21,011 nt of DNA from Candidatus Micrarchaeia archaeon (GTDB taxonomy: Archaea > Micrarchaeota > Micrarchaeia > Anstonellales > Bilamarchaeaceae), in contig JBKHJL010000019.1 in the NCBI GenBank assembly GCA_046538155.1, positions 1 through 21,011 of the forward strand, in the 5' to 3' direction. Positions 1-7,537 of the stretch are shown here, piece by piece. The notes under the pieces were generated by a model, which worked only from the letters and a program-made list of their open reading frames with translations, did no database searches and was not told the DNA's origin. The stretch's first letter is position 1. Every line of letters begins with the position of its first letter. The position numbers were made by a program, and so were the translations under genes.

Positions 1-264
1 TCCCCTTGGGCCCATTTTACTATTTTGGTTGCCCGTTTCGGGTTCTGAGAAACCTTCGGTTTCTTCTCGTGAACAAAGTTCACGATTCCGGTTTCCAGTA
101 TCTTCTTCTGAAAAATTAGGTTTGGAATTAGCAGTTTTGCTGGTCTTTTCCTGGGGTTTCAAATATCTCGGGTTTTGGGCCCTGCAGTTTCTCAAACTGG
201 TCGGAAAAGAACAGTTTGGGAGTTGTGTTCCACGCAGTGGAATACTCGATTTGAAATCTGGCAT
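1..264 (-). CDS. Possible partial CDS running off the left edge; hydrophilic, disordered-looking N-terminus, function unknown
   Basis: Hand translation from ATG at 264 gives 88 stop-free codons (MPDFKSSIPLRGTQLPNCSF...NSKMGPRG). A GGTGA Shine-Dalgarno-like motif lies just upstream, with TTTAAA at 304-309. It is absent from the ORF track because no stop falls inside the window. The region is also hairpin-rich, so it may be non-coding. Confidence 0.4.
   Translation of the reverse strand, partial: MPDFKSSIPLRGTQLPNCSFPTSLRNCRAQNPRYLKPQEKTSKTANSKPNFSEEDTGNRNRELCSREETEGFSEPETGNQNSKMGPRG
32..242. repeat. Cluster of short perfect inverted repeats, all with 3-nt spacers
   Basis: CCCG-ttt-CGGG (32-42), AGAAACC-ttc-GGTTTCT (48-64), TCGTGAAC-aaa-GTTCACGA (67-85), CAGTTT-ctc-AAACTG (185-199), TTCCAC-gca-GTGGAA (228-242). 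Confidence 0.75.
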
Positions 265-370
265 ATTTTCACCATTATTAGTTATTATTTGTGGTTAGTA
301 ATGTTTAAATAGGTATTGGTTAGGGGCGTGTTCATTGTTCTTTGAAAAGAAAGATTGTTTTTTAGAAAAA

Positions 371-1024
371 TCAGTTTATTTTTGCATTTTCGTTGCCTTC
401 GTGCCCAAGGGCGCGTTTGTTCCACATCAGGCTGGCAACAACCATTGATGCTTCTACGCGATTCTGGGTCTTCCAATAGGCAATAAGCTTGTCTGTCTTT
501 TCCTTGGACCTGGAAATCGCATCTTTAACGCTGTTTCCTTTGAGCAAGGTAAGAGGAATGGAATTAGAGGATTCAAAACAGGGTTGCGCCAGCTCGTCTT
601 TTAGGGGATGGGCGGCGCCGCGGGCGGGGTCGGAAACGAACATAAAAGGAAGGAAGTAGCCGACAAAGGCTTTTGCCCCTTTCTTGGAGCAGCTCTTTCC
701 AAGCTTCTTTAGCGAAAAACAGCTTCGGGCATATACAATTCTGCCTTTAGTTACTGCTTCATTTTCATTCGTTTTCAGCAATACTTCATCTCCATGGCCG
801 CATATCATGTCTGGGACGCCGTGGCCATTGAACATTATAAATTTTGGCTTGCTTTTCCACACCCTGCTTTCAAATTCAGCCCTATTAGCCTTTTCCTTCG
901 CCAGGTTGACCACAGTAAAGGACCTTGATTGTGCCGCTTCTATGATTTCCTGACTCCAGCTGGAGCAGTAAAACACTGCATCATCGTGTTCAGGAGTAGT
1001 TATCAAAAAAGTTTTTGCAGGCAT
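371..1024 (-). CDS. Clan CD (caspase/CHAT/gingipain C25-like) cysteine peptidase-like protein, 217 aa
   Basis: Hydrophobic strand + GHG (FIMFNGHG, H68) and hydrophobic strand + SC (IVYARSC, C102), then GAKAFVGY, GNSVKDA and a C-terminal LGHEGN. This is the motif order of the caspase-hemoglobinase fold. No signal peptide. Start overlaps the upstream stop (TGATG), with GGAGG upstream. Confidence 0.7.
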   Translation of the reverse strand: MPAKTFLITTPEHDDAVFYCSSWSQEIIEAAQSRSFTVVNLAKEKANRAEFESRVWKSKPKFIMFNGHGVPDMICGHGDEVLLKTNENEAVTKGRIVYARSCFSLKKLGKSCSKKGAKAFVGYFLPFMFVSDPARGAAHPLKDELAQPCFESSNSIPLTLLKGNSVKDAISRSKEKTDKLIAYWKTQNRVEASMVVASLMWNKRALGHEGNENAKIN

Positions 1025-1227
1025 CAGTCAATTTCCTCCTTAAAGGAACGCAAATAAGAGATGTACATCTCCACCACGGTGTCCCCAATTTCGGTGCGTT
1101 TTTCCACTTGTTCGATTAGCTGGTCCCTGTTGAATGAGCCGTGCCCTCCGATGTTTAATGTAATTGTGCTGGGCATAGTGCGCAATCTCTCCAGAACAAT
1201 TTCTATCTCGTCTTCGGAAGTGGGCAT
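1024..1227 (-). CDS. Small hypothetical protein, 67 aa (module partner B)
   Basis: Clean ORF with GGTG upstream; its stop is coupled to the peptidase start. Protein-like amphipathic pattern. Confidence 0.8.
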   Translation of the reverse strand: MPTSEDEIEIVLERLRTMPSTITLNIGGHGSFNRDQLIEQVEKRTEIGDTVVEMYISYLRSFKEEID

Positions 1228-1260
1228 ACCAACACCAATATCATATTTGCTAAGCGCATT

Positions 1261-1527
1261 TTAAATTATATCTAGCTTCTTCAGCTTGCTCAATATCGCC
1301 TTTCCGCAGGGAGTGCTGTGGACTATCTCGTTGCGGGACACTTCCCAGCTTATAGGCTCATCGTCTATTACAACGACTACTTGGGAGCGCTCTTCGATTG
1401 GCAGATTTGCATAAATCTTCAGGAACCTTGCTGCCAAATCGGACTCGCCTTTTTCTGGATGTGACCCTGCCAACTTCACCACGCATATACATCTCTTACA
1501 GGTTTTTAACTTTTTCTCAGGTTTCAT
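1261..1527 (-). CDS. Small hypothetical protein, up to 88 aa (module partner A); currently also read in frame from the broken integrase
   Basis: ATG at 1527 overlaps (ATGA) the true integrase stop at 1524-1526. Core sequence RFLKIYANLPIEERSQVVVVIDDEPISWEVSRNEIVHSTPCGKAILSKL. The real start may be a downstream GTG/TTG. Confidence 0.7.
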   Translation of the reverse strand: MKPEKKLKTCKRCICVVKLAGSHPEKGESDLAARFLKIYANLPIEERSQVVVVIDDEPISWEVSRNEIVHSTPCGKAILSKLKKLDII

Positions 1528-2418
1528 GAACCAAGCTTTTTCTGCAGATTCTGTAGCCTGTTTAGGAGTTTCCGGTTGTCGGCTCGTTCTATGCTTTCGT
1601 AAAGCTCGTCTTTTGCGGTGTGAATGTAGCCCATTGTGACCTGGAGGTTTGCGTGGCGGGCAAACCTGGAGGCAAGCGCCACGTTTCCGCCGTTTTTGCG
1701 GCAGAAATTGGTTATTGCGTAGTGGCGCGGGAGTGCGGGCTCCGCTGCTGTAGCCGTAGATTTCCTCCAGCCCTGCCTTCCGCACGTATTCGTGGAAAAG
1801 GGTGCGCACGGTCTGGGTGGTCAGGTGGGGGAGGGTTTTCTTGGTGCGCCTGCAGGGCTCAAGGGAGAAGAAAAGGAAGCCCTGGGAGGCGGAGATTTCC
1901 TGCTCGTAGTTTCCGATGTATGTGAGGGTGGAACCGAAGAGGGTTTCGGGAATCAGGAGGTAGTCCGTTCTGCTGGACTTTTCGCTGAAGATGCGGAGCT
2001 CCCGCGTGCGGAGGTTAATGTCCTTAATGTTTACACGGATGGCTTCGCCTATGCGGAGGCCGAGGGCTGCCTGGAAGCTGAAAAGGAGGCGCATCTTGGG
2101 GCAGTCCACAACGCCCATAAACCGTTCCAATTCCTCATCCGTGAAGCCCTTGTTCATTGAGCCGTACTTGGGCTTTTTGGAGCGCAGGAAGCGGGTTTTT
2201 CTTGCTGTGGAGGGGATGCCTATTGCCTTTACAAGGTTCCACTTGGTGAGGTGGCGTCCGAGGAATTCAAGCTCCTGTTTTATCTGGGGCCAGTTGCGGG
2301 TTAGGTGTTTTGAGATTTCCCTTGCAGAAGCGGGTTGTGCTTTGCTGCAATCGGGAAACCGGGAACCCGATGCGGAAAACCCTTCCGTGCCGCCGGAAAT
2401 GGAGATTTTTCCATGCAA
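1524..2418 (-). pseudogene. Tyrosine recombinase/integrase disrupted by an internal deletion and frameshift near 1728
   Basis: The first frame carries FTDEELERF, LGLRIGE (Arg I) and SEKS (Lys). From 1727 another frame reads RHYAITNFCRKNGGNVALASRFARHANLQVTMGYIH...KLGS* (Arg II, His, catalytic Tyr). The HxL preceding Arg II is not in either frame. The start is uncertain (TTG at 2418). Confidence 0.88.
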
Positions 2419-2464
2419 AAAGGGGGGAAGAAAGGATTAAAAGGCAGAAGTGCAATATTGGATT

Positions 2465-2809
2465 ATGAGGTGGGTGTTAGCGATTCTTGGAATCGTGCTT
2501 CTCTTTGCAGCAGGATGCTCCTCACAGAATGATGCAACTACTGTACATGCGCTTACTGTGGGTACTGAAGACCATCCGAATTACGAAACAATTATGGTTG
2601 GAGGCGTGGAGCAGGAATACAACGTAAGCAGCAACAAGAGCCTTGTGCTGGTTGTTTCCGGCTCCTATAACGTGGTTTATGTGGATGAGGATACAGAACT
2701 GAGCGAAGTTGTGATGTCAGGAAACGGAAATCTTGTCTACATTTCCAGCAACCACCACCCCCGCATGATGAGGAGCGGCCTGAAAAATCTAATACTGCGG
2801 TACAACTGA
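2465..2809 (+). CDS. Putative lipoprotein with short beta-repeat motifs (DUF3060-like), 114 aa
   Basis: MRWVLAILGIVLLFAAGC is a signal peptide with lipobox Cys. Repeats VSGSYNVVYV / MSGNGNLVYI / SGLKNLI. ATG at 2465 is preferred to GTG at 2450. Confidence 0.7.
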   Translation: MRWVLAILGIVLLFAAGCSSQNDATTVHALTVGTEDHPNYETIMVGGVEQEYNVSSNKSLVLVVSGSYNVVYVDEDTELSEVVMSGNGNLVYISSNHHPRMMRSGLKNLILRYN

Positions 2810-2822
2810 GCCGGAGGGAAGC

Positions 2823-2829
2823 TTTTAAA
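2823..2829 (+). promoter_or_regulatory. TATA box for the KaiC-like/Roadblock/TldD operon
   Basis: TTTTAAA ending about 22 nt before ATG 2851, preceded by a purine-rich BRE-like GGGAAG. Confidence 0.55.
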
Positions 2830-2850
2830 TTTCCCCTGTGAAATGGGGGC

Positions 2851-3546
2851 ATGAGCGAAAAGGAGCTTCCATTTTTCAGAAAAGACAGGATAAGCACGGG
2901 AATACGTGCCCTGGACCTCATGCTTGAAGGAGGATATAAACATCCTGCAACGATAATGCTCACTGCACCATCTGGCCCGGAAAAGCAGTGTTTTGCGTCT
3001 CATTTTGTAAACAGAGGCATGGAACAGCGAGACACCATAATCTACATAACCACAGACAATAGCCCAAAGGATATAGAAAAAACCGCGGCAGGGTGGGACC
3101 TCCACTTCAAGGGGCCGGGGCAATTATATTACATAAACTGCTACAGCAAGGGAAAAACCACAAAGATGAACAATGTGTATGATGTCAGCGGACCGGGTGC
3201 GCTTAACGAGATTTCCCTATACATAAGCGAAATACTCCGGCAGAACCGGGGGGGGCGGATACGCCTAGTATTCCACACCTTTTCCACATTTGCACTCTAC
3301 AACCAGCAGGGGTCGCTATTCAAATTCCTGCAGTCTGTGGAAGAAAGGGTAAAAAGGGCAAACGGGACAACCCTCCTGCTGGTTGAAGAAGGAATGCACG
3401 AGAAAAAGTTCGTGACAACCCTCAGGCACAGCACAGATGAGGAATATCTGCTGGAAAGCAAGGGGAAAAAAATGGAAATGACAGGAAAAAGACTGCCCAT
3501 ACCCGTACCAGTGAAAGTCGGTTCTCTGGGTGTGGAGGTGGAATAA
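2851..3546 (+). CDS. KaiC/GvpD/RAD55-family RecA-fold ATPase-like protein with degenerate Walker motifs
   Basis: STGIRALDLMLEGG N-terminal signature. Walker A position reads APSGPEKQ and Walker B position reads RLVFHTFS. IYITTD follows Walker A. Confidence 0.85.
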   Translation: MSEKELPFFRKDRISTGIRALDLMLEGGYKHPATIMLTAPSGPEKQCFASHFVNRGMEQRDTIIYITTDNSPKDIEKTAAGWDLHFKGPGQLYYINCYSKGKTTKMNNVYDVSGPGALNEISLYISEILRQNRGGRIRLVFHTFSTFALYNQQGSLFKFLQSVEERVKRANGTTLLLVEEGMHEKKFVTTLRHSTDEEYLLESKGKKMEMTGKRLPIPVPVKVGSLGVEVE

Positions 3547-3870
3547 ATGCACTACCAAAACCTTCTGGACAAATTAAAGGAAAGAGACATCATGGCCGCG
3601 GTGCTTGCAATGGACGGCTCAAGAATCGCTTCTAATTTCGGGATGGAAAGCGCAGTTGAAACACAGGCTGCATCGGCATTCAACGTGGGTGATGCCCTGC
3701 TCAGGCAGGCAGGAGAAAGTGCGAGCGAGCTGGTGATAACCACTGATAGGGGAAACCTTGTGCTGAAACGACTGCAGGAAAGTGTGCTTCTTGTGCTCAT
3801 AAAAAACAGGGAGCAGTACGCATTTTATAAGGGGATTGTTGGAACTGGGACCAGAGGGGCTGGAGAATAA
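3547..3870 (+). CDS. Roadblock/LC7 (MglB-like) domain protein
   Basis: 107 aa with AAVLAMDGSRIASN and ELVITTDRGNLVL patterns; directly abuts both neighbours. Confidence 0.8.
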   Translation: MHYQNLLDKLKERDIMAAVLAMDGSRIASNFGMESAVETQAASAFNVGDALLRQAGESASELVITTDRGNLVLKRLQESVLLVLIKNREQYAFYKGIVGTGTRGAGE

Positions 3871-5192
3871 TGGACCAGGATGCCATCCTCTCAATTCTTG
3901 AAAAAGAGAGTGATTTTTGCGAAGCGCGGGTGGAGCGCCTTGAATTCTCAAACAGCAGATTCAAAGACGGGGAAATCCAGGCAAACTCGGGCACCGAAGC
4001 AGGGGCAAGCGTAAGGGTATTCAAAAATGGATGCTGGGGATTTGCCTCCGGGAACCTGAATAAAATGGAAAAATTGCTGGAGAGTGCAAAAAAACTGGCT
4101 GCAATGGGCAGGGGGAACCTGAAGCTGGCAGAAAGGGGCCCTAATCCAAAATCAGAAAAGAAAAAACCAAACAATAACCTGGGGCCGGAGGAACTGGTGG
4201 AGCTTGCAAAGGAACTGGGAAAAAAGATGGAGGGAGAACAGATAAAAAACCGTACAGTGGGGCTTTTTGAAGAAACCAATGCAGAAGAGTACTACAACTC
4301 CCTGGGAGCGGAAATAGCGGCAGAAACCACCATAATGTACGGAAGATTTTCTGCTGTGGGAAAAAAAGGGGAACGGATAGAAGATGGTAGAGAAAGATAC
4401 AGCTCCCTGAAAAAATGGGACAGGAACAAACTTTTCGGCCATGCGCTGGAAGCAAAAAGAAAATGCGAAGAATCCCTTGATGCAAAACCGGCGAAGCCCG
4501 GTGTTTATACCATAATAATGGACAATGACCTTGCCGGAGTATTCGCCCATGAAGCTGTGGGTCACGCCTGCGAGGCAGATGGAATAATTGATGGGGCCTC
4601 AATACTGGGAGATAAGGCAGGAAAAAAAATTGGCTCAGAAATGATAACTATCTGGGATGACCCTTCCCTGGAAAACGGATTCGGGAGATACACGTTTGAC
4701 AATGAGGGGATAAAAGGGGAAAAGGTTGCGCTGATAAAAAACGGAGTTGTTGCCGGCAGGCTGCATTCCCTTGAAACTGCAGAAGAGCTGGGGGAAAGAC
4801 CAAACGGCCATGCGAGGGCGGAATCATACAGCTACGGGCCGATTGTGAGGATGAGCAATACCTGCATAGAGCCCGGGGAGGAGAAGCTGGAGGAGCTCAT
4901 GGATGTGGGGGAAGGGCTTTACCTGAAGGGAATGAACGGAGGAAGTGTGGACCCATTTACCGGGCAGTTTATGTTCAGGTGCGAGGAGGCATTCCCCGTG
5001 CATAAAGGAGAAAAGGGAGAGCGGATACGCGCAGTATCCATAACCGGAACAATCCTGCAGACTCTGCATGAAGTGGATGGAGTGGGAAAAGACTTTGGAA
5101 CTTCACCCGGTTTCTGCGGAAAAGACGGGCAGAATGTGCGGGTAAGCGACGGGGGGCCGCATGTGCGGGTGAAAAGAATAAGAGTCGGCTGA
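3870..5192 (+). CDS. tldD: TldD-family metalloprotease (TldD/PmbA)
   Basis: HEAVGH (HExxGH), FDNEG, NGHARAES, IVRMSNT, GGSVD and the C-terminal GFCGKDGQ...SDGGP Cys motif. Confidence 0.95.
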   Translation: MDQDAILSILEKESDFCEARVERLEFSNSRFKDGEIQANSGTEAGASVRVFKNGCWGFASGNLNKMEKLLESAKKLAAMGRGNLKLAERGPNPKSEKKKPNNNLGPEELVELAKELGKKMEGEQIKNRTVGLFEETNAEEYYNSLGAEIAAETTIMYGRFSAVGKKGERIEDGRERYSSLKKWDRNKLFGHALEAKRKCEESLDAKPAKPGVYTIIMDNDLAGVFAHEAVGHACEADGIIDGASILGDKAGKKIGSEMITIWDDPSLENGFGRYTFDNEGIKGEKVALIKNGVVAGRLHSLETAEELGERPNGHARAESYSYGPIVRMSNTCIEPGEEKLEELMDVGEGLYLKGMNGGSVDPFTGQFMFRCEEAFPVHKGEKGERIRAVSITGTILQTLHEVDGVGKDFGTSPGFCGKDGQNVRVSDGGPHVRVKRIRVG

Positions 5193-5202
5193 ATTACTTT
5201 TT

Positions 5203-5955
5203 CTATTGTTTTCCAAGAGCCGTATTGAAAGCAAGGGGAAGGGCTTCCGCAAGGTCAGAAGCGCAGTATGCATATTTTTGCTTTTTGAAAAGAATATCTC
5301 CTGCATACCCAGTAACGAATGCGGCAGAAGCTGCTGCAACAAGTGGGGGGTTTTTGCAGAACAGGGCAGCAGTCATGCCGGAAAGAACATCCCCTGTGCC
5401 CCCTTTAGTCATTCCTGCATTTCCTGTTTTGTTTTTGATCATTGTTTTGCCATCAGTGATTAAATCAGTTTTTCCCTTCTTCAGAACAGTACAGGAATTT
5501 TCCCTGGCAAAGCGCTTCACCTCTCTGGTGGTTGCAGGGGCTCCGGAGAGAGCCTCGAACTCCCTGTCGTGGGGAGTGAGGATGCACCCTTCCAGGGAAT
5601 TTTTCCGGATTTTCCTGAAGCCGTCTCCATCTATGACGATTTTGTTATAGCGTTCCCTTATCCTTGAAAACGCGAAATTGGAATTTCCCAGGCCCGGACC
5701 GTATAGTGCACAATCCGCATCAGGGAAAACAGGGGAAATTATGACTTCTGGGATGCTGCAGATGGAACGGAGAACATTTGGAGCAGGTGAGCCGGGCATA
5801 AAATATACCAGGTCACAAAAGCGCTTTGCCGCGCTTATTGAAAAAGAGGGGGCGCCATGATACTCTTTCCCCCCTCCCACAACAAGCAGCTTTCCGTTCT
5901 CCCCCTTGTGAGACCCTCGTTTAGGGAAACTGAGCTTCCCGAGAATATCCTTCAT
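5203..5955 (-). CDS. nnrD: ADP/ATP-dependent NAD(P)H-hydrate dehydratase (stand-alone)
   Basis: RGSHKGENG, VVGGGKEYHGAP, GPGLG, VIDGDG, LTPHDREF, LKKG, GMTKGGTGDVLSG. Confidence 0.93.
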   Translation of the reverse strand: MKDILGKLSFPKRGSHKGENGKLLVVGGGKEYHGAPSFSISAAKRFCDLVYFMPGSPAPNVLRSICSIPEVIISPVFPDADCALYGPGLGNSNFAFSRIRERYNKIVIDGDGFRKIRKNSLEGCILTPHDREFEALSGAPATTREVKRFARENSCTVLKKGKTDLITDGKTMIKNKTGNAGMTKGGTGDVLSGMTAALFCKNPPLVAAASAAFVTGYAGDILFKKQKYAYCASDLAEALPLAFNTALGKQ

Positions 5956-5976
5956 GGGCTGGATTCATTCCTATAA

Positions 5977-5985
5977 TTTTTATAA
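5977..5985. promoter_or_regulatory. Shared TATA box of the divergent nnrD / membrane protein pair
   Basis: TTTTTATAA containing palindromic TTATAA, 22-25 nt from both starts (5955 and 6008). Confidence 0.5.
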
Positions 5986-6007
5986 CTTGGCCTGGAAAAA
6001 AGTGGCA

Positions 6008-6781
6008 ATGAAGCATCCTTTCCTGATTGGTGCAGCAGGCATTATGCTTATTCTTGCCCAGCTTATGGTGTGGGGCGGCCTAACCCTGTTCCAGCTTCCG
6101 GGAGTACAAAATGAAATTGTCACTTCAATCAAAATCCAGCTTCCGGAAAAAATCATCCCCCTGGTGCTGAGCCATTATCCAGAACTTGAGGCAATGACCT
6201 ATCAGAGTTCGGTAAACTATTGTGCATACAGGCAAAACCTGGAAATGGACTTCGAAGCAGAGGGAATTACGGATGACTATGTTTGCGGAGTAGTGGAACA
6301 GGGGCTGGTGCAGAACACGGAAGACCTGAGGCACTACCTCGCAAGGAAAGTTGTCTCCCAGAAGGTAGATGAATACAATCTCCTTTACGGACCGGAAATC
6401 TCACGCATGGCAGGGGCAGGGATTCCACTTGCAATAATCGGGATGGTGCTTGCATTTTTCGCATTTGCAATTACCTACTTTGGAACAACCACCTTGCCCA
6501 AAGGCATATTCTGCTATTTTCTCATGGGCGGGGTATGGGGGATTGGCTTCATGGCACTGAGCATTATCTGCTTTTTCCTGGTTCCATGGATAGTGGAGGG
6601 GCAGGCAGAAAATTGTGCGGAAGGAGAATTTGAATTGGCTGTGCTCCGGTCTGCACTTCCCTATGTATATTCTTCAGTAAAGGGGATTTTCATAGTAAAT
6701 GCGCTTGTGTTTGGCGGAGGGGCATTTATCTTTTCCCTTGTTGCGGCCCTTTCATATATCATGGCAAGAAGCTCAGAATAA
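6008..6781 (+). CDS. Hypothetical multi-pass membrane protein
   Basis: One N-terminal hydrophobic helix, a soluble domain of about 110 aa with two Cys, then three hydrophobic helices. ATG 6008 is preferred because ATG 5954 overlaps the nnrD start and leaves no promoter. Confidence 0.7.
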   Translation: MKHPFLIGAAGIMLILAQLMVWGGLTLFQLPGVQNEIVTSIKIQLPEKIIPLVLSHYPELEAMTYQSSVNYCAYRQNLEMDFEAEGITDDYVCGVVEQGLVQNTEDLRHYLARKVVSQKVDEYNLLYGPEISRMAGAGIPLAIIGMVLAFFAFAITYFGTTTLPKGIFCYFLMGGVWGIGFMALSIICFFLVPWIVEGQAENCAEGEFELAVLRSALPYVYSSVKGIFIVNALVFGGGAFIFSLVAALSYIMARSSE

Positions 6782-7537
6782 TTGTGAATTTATTTGTTGC
6801 AGGGTTTTTTCTGCTTCCTTTTTTGCCGCTGTTTCGGGCGAGGAGTTCTTCTCCTTTTCATGCGCATATGCAATTGCAGAGGAGGAAGTTACACGGTGTA
6901 TAAACGGGTTCTCTTTTAAGGCGGAAAGAGTTTCAAAAGAACCGCCCTGTGCACCTATCCCGGGGATTAAGAGAGGTGTGCCTTTGCCTGCAAGCTCTAC
7001 TGCTTCCGGAACTGCTTCGCTTGTTGCGCCCACAACCAGCCCGGTTCCCCACTCTCCCGCTTTCTTGAATACTTCTTTATAGAGGTCGGGCTCCTGGAAA
7101 TCCTTTGCACCCGGGTTGCTTGTGCGGCCCAGCAGGTAGGCGAGCTTTCCGTTTCTCAGGAAGGGCTCTACTGAATCCTTTCCCATGTAAGGGGAGACTG
7201 TTGCTGCATCTGCGCCCCAGAAATCATAAACTTCAGAAGCATATGCCTCGCTGGATTTGCCGATATCACCGCGCTTTGCATCCAGGATTACGAATGTTCT
7301 GGATTTGTAGCGGTCAATCAGTTCCTTTAAGGCGAAAAGGCCGTCAAAGCCGTCTGCCGCAAAATATGCATAATTGGGCTTTATTGCAGAAATCAGGTTT
7401 TCTTCCAGGAGGGCATCAGTGATTTCAGAAAAATAGGGAACAATCCCCTCCTTCAGGCGGGACTTTACCGGGTCCATTCCAAAGCAAAGTATGCTTTTTG
7501 TTTCTTCTGCCAGTTTCTTGAGCTTTTCAGGAGCCAT
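6773..7537 (-). CDS. pyrF: Orotidine 5'-phosphate decarboxylase
   Basis: LCFGMDP, KPNYAYF, DAKRGDIG (DxKxxD), SPYMG, RTSNP, LVVGAT, LIPGIGAQGG. Start is 7537 or 7543, overlapping the pyrE end. Confidence 0.95.
   Translation of the reverse strand: MAPEKLKKLAEETKSILCFGMDPVKSRLKEGIVPYFSEITDALLEENLISAIKPNYAYFAADGFDGLFALKELIDRYKSRTFVILDAKRGDIGKSSEAYASEVYDFWGADAATVSPYMGKDSVEPFLRNGKLAYLLGRTSNPGAKDFQEPDLYKEVFKKAGEWGTGLVVGATSEAVPEAVELAGKGTPLLIPGIGAQGGSFETLSALKENPFIHRVTSSSAIAYAHEKEKNSSPETAAKKEAEKTLQQINSQLF

Noticed and set aside
30..245. CRISPR array
   Set aside because: The hairpins share no common repeat sequence and are irregularly spaced; no cas genes are present.
29..298. 89-aa plus-strand ORF
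   Set aside because: TTG start and no recognisable motifs; promoter and SD signals favour the minus strand.
2345..2415. tRNA fragment or SSV-type att site at the integrase 5' end
   Set aside because: There is no TTCRA T-loop and no cloverleaf with correct arm lengths, only unrelated short hairpins.
1261..2418. 385-aa ORF as a genuine novel integrase fusion protein
   Set aside because: Its middle section is out-of-frame sequence. The integrase catalytic tail lies in another frame, so the fusion is a by-product of the lesion.
3248..3255. G8 homopolymer as a phase-variation tract
   Set aside because: The frame is intact (RGG) and purine runs are common throughout this sequence.
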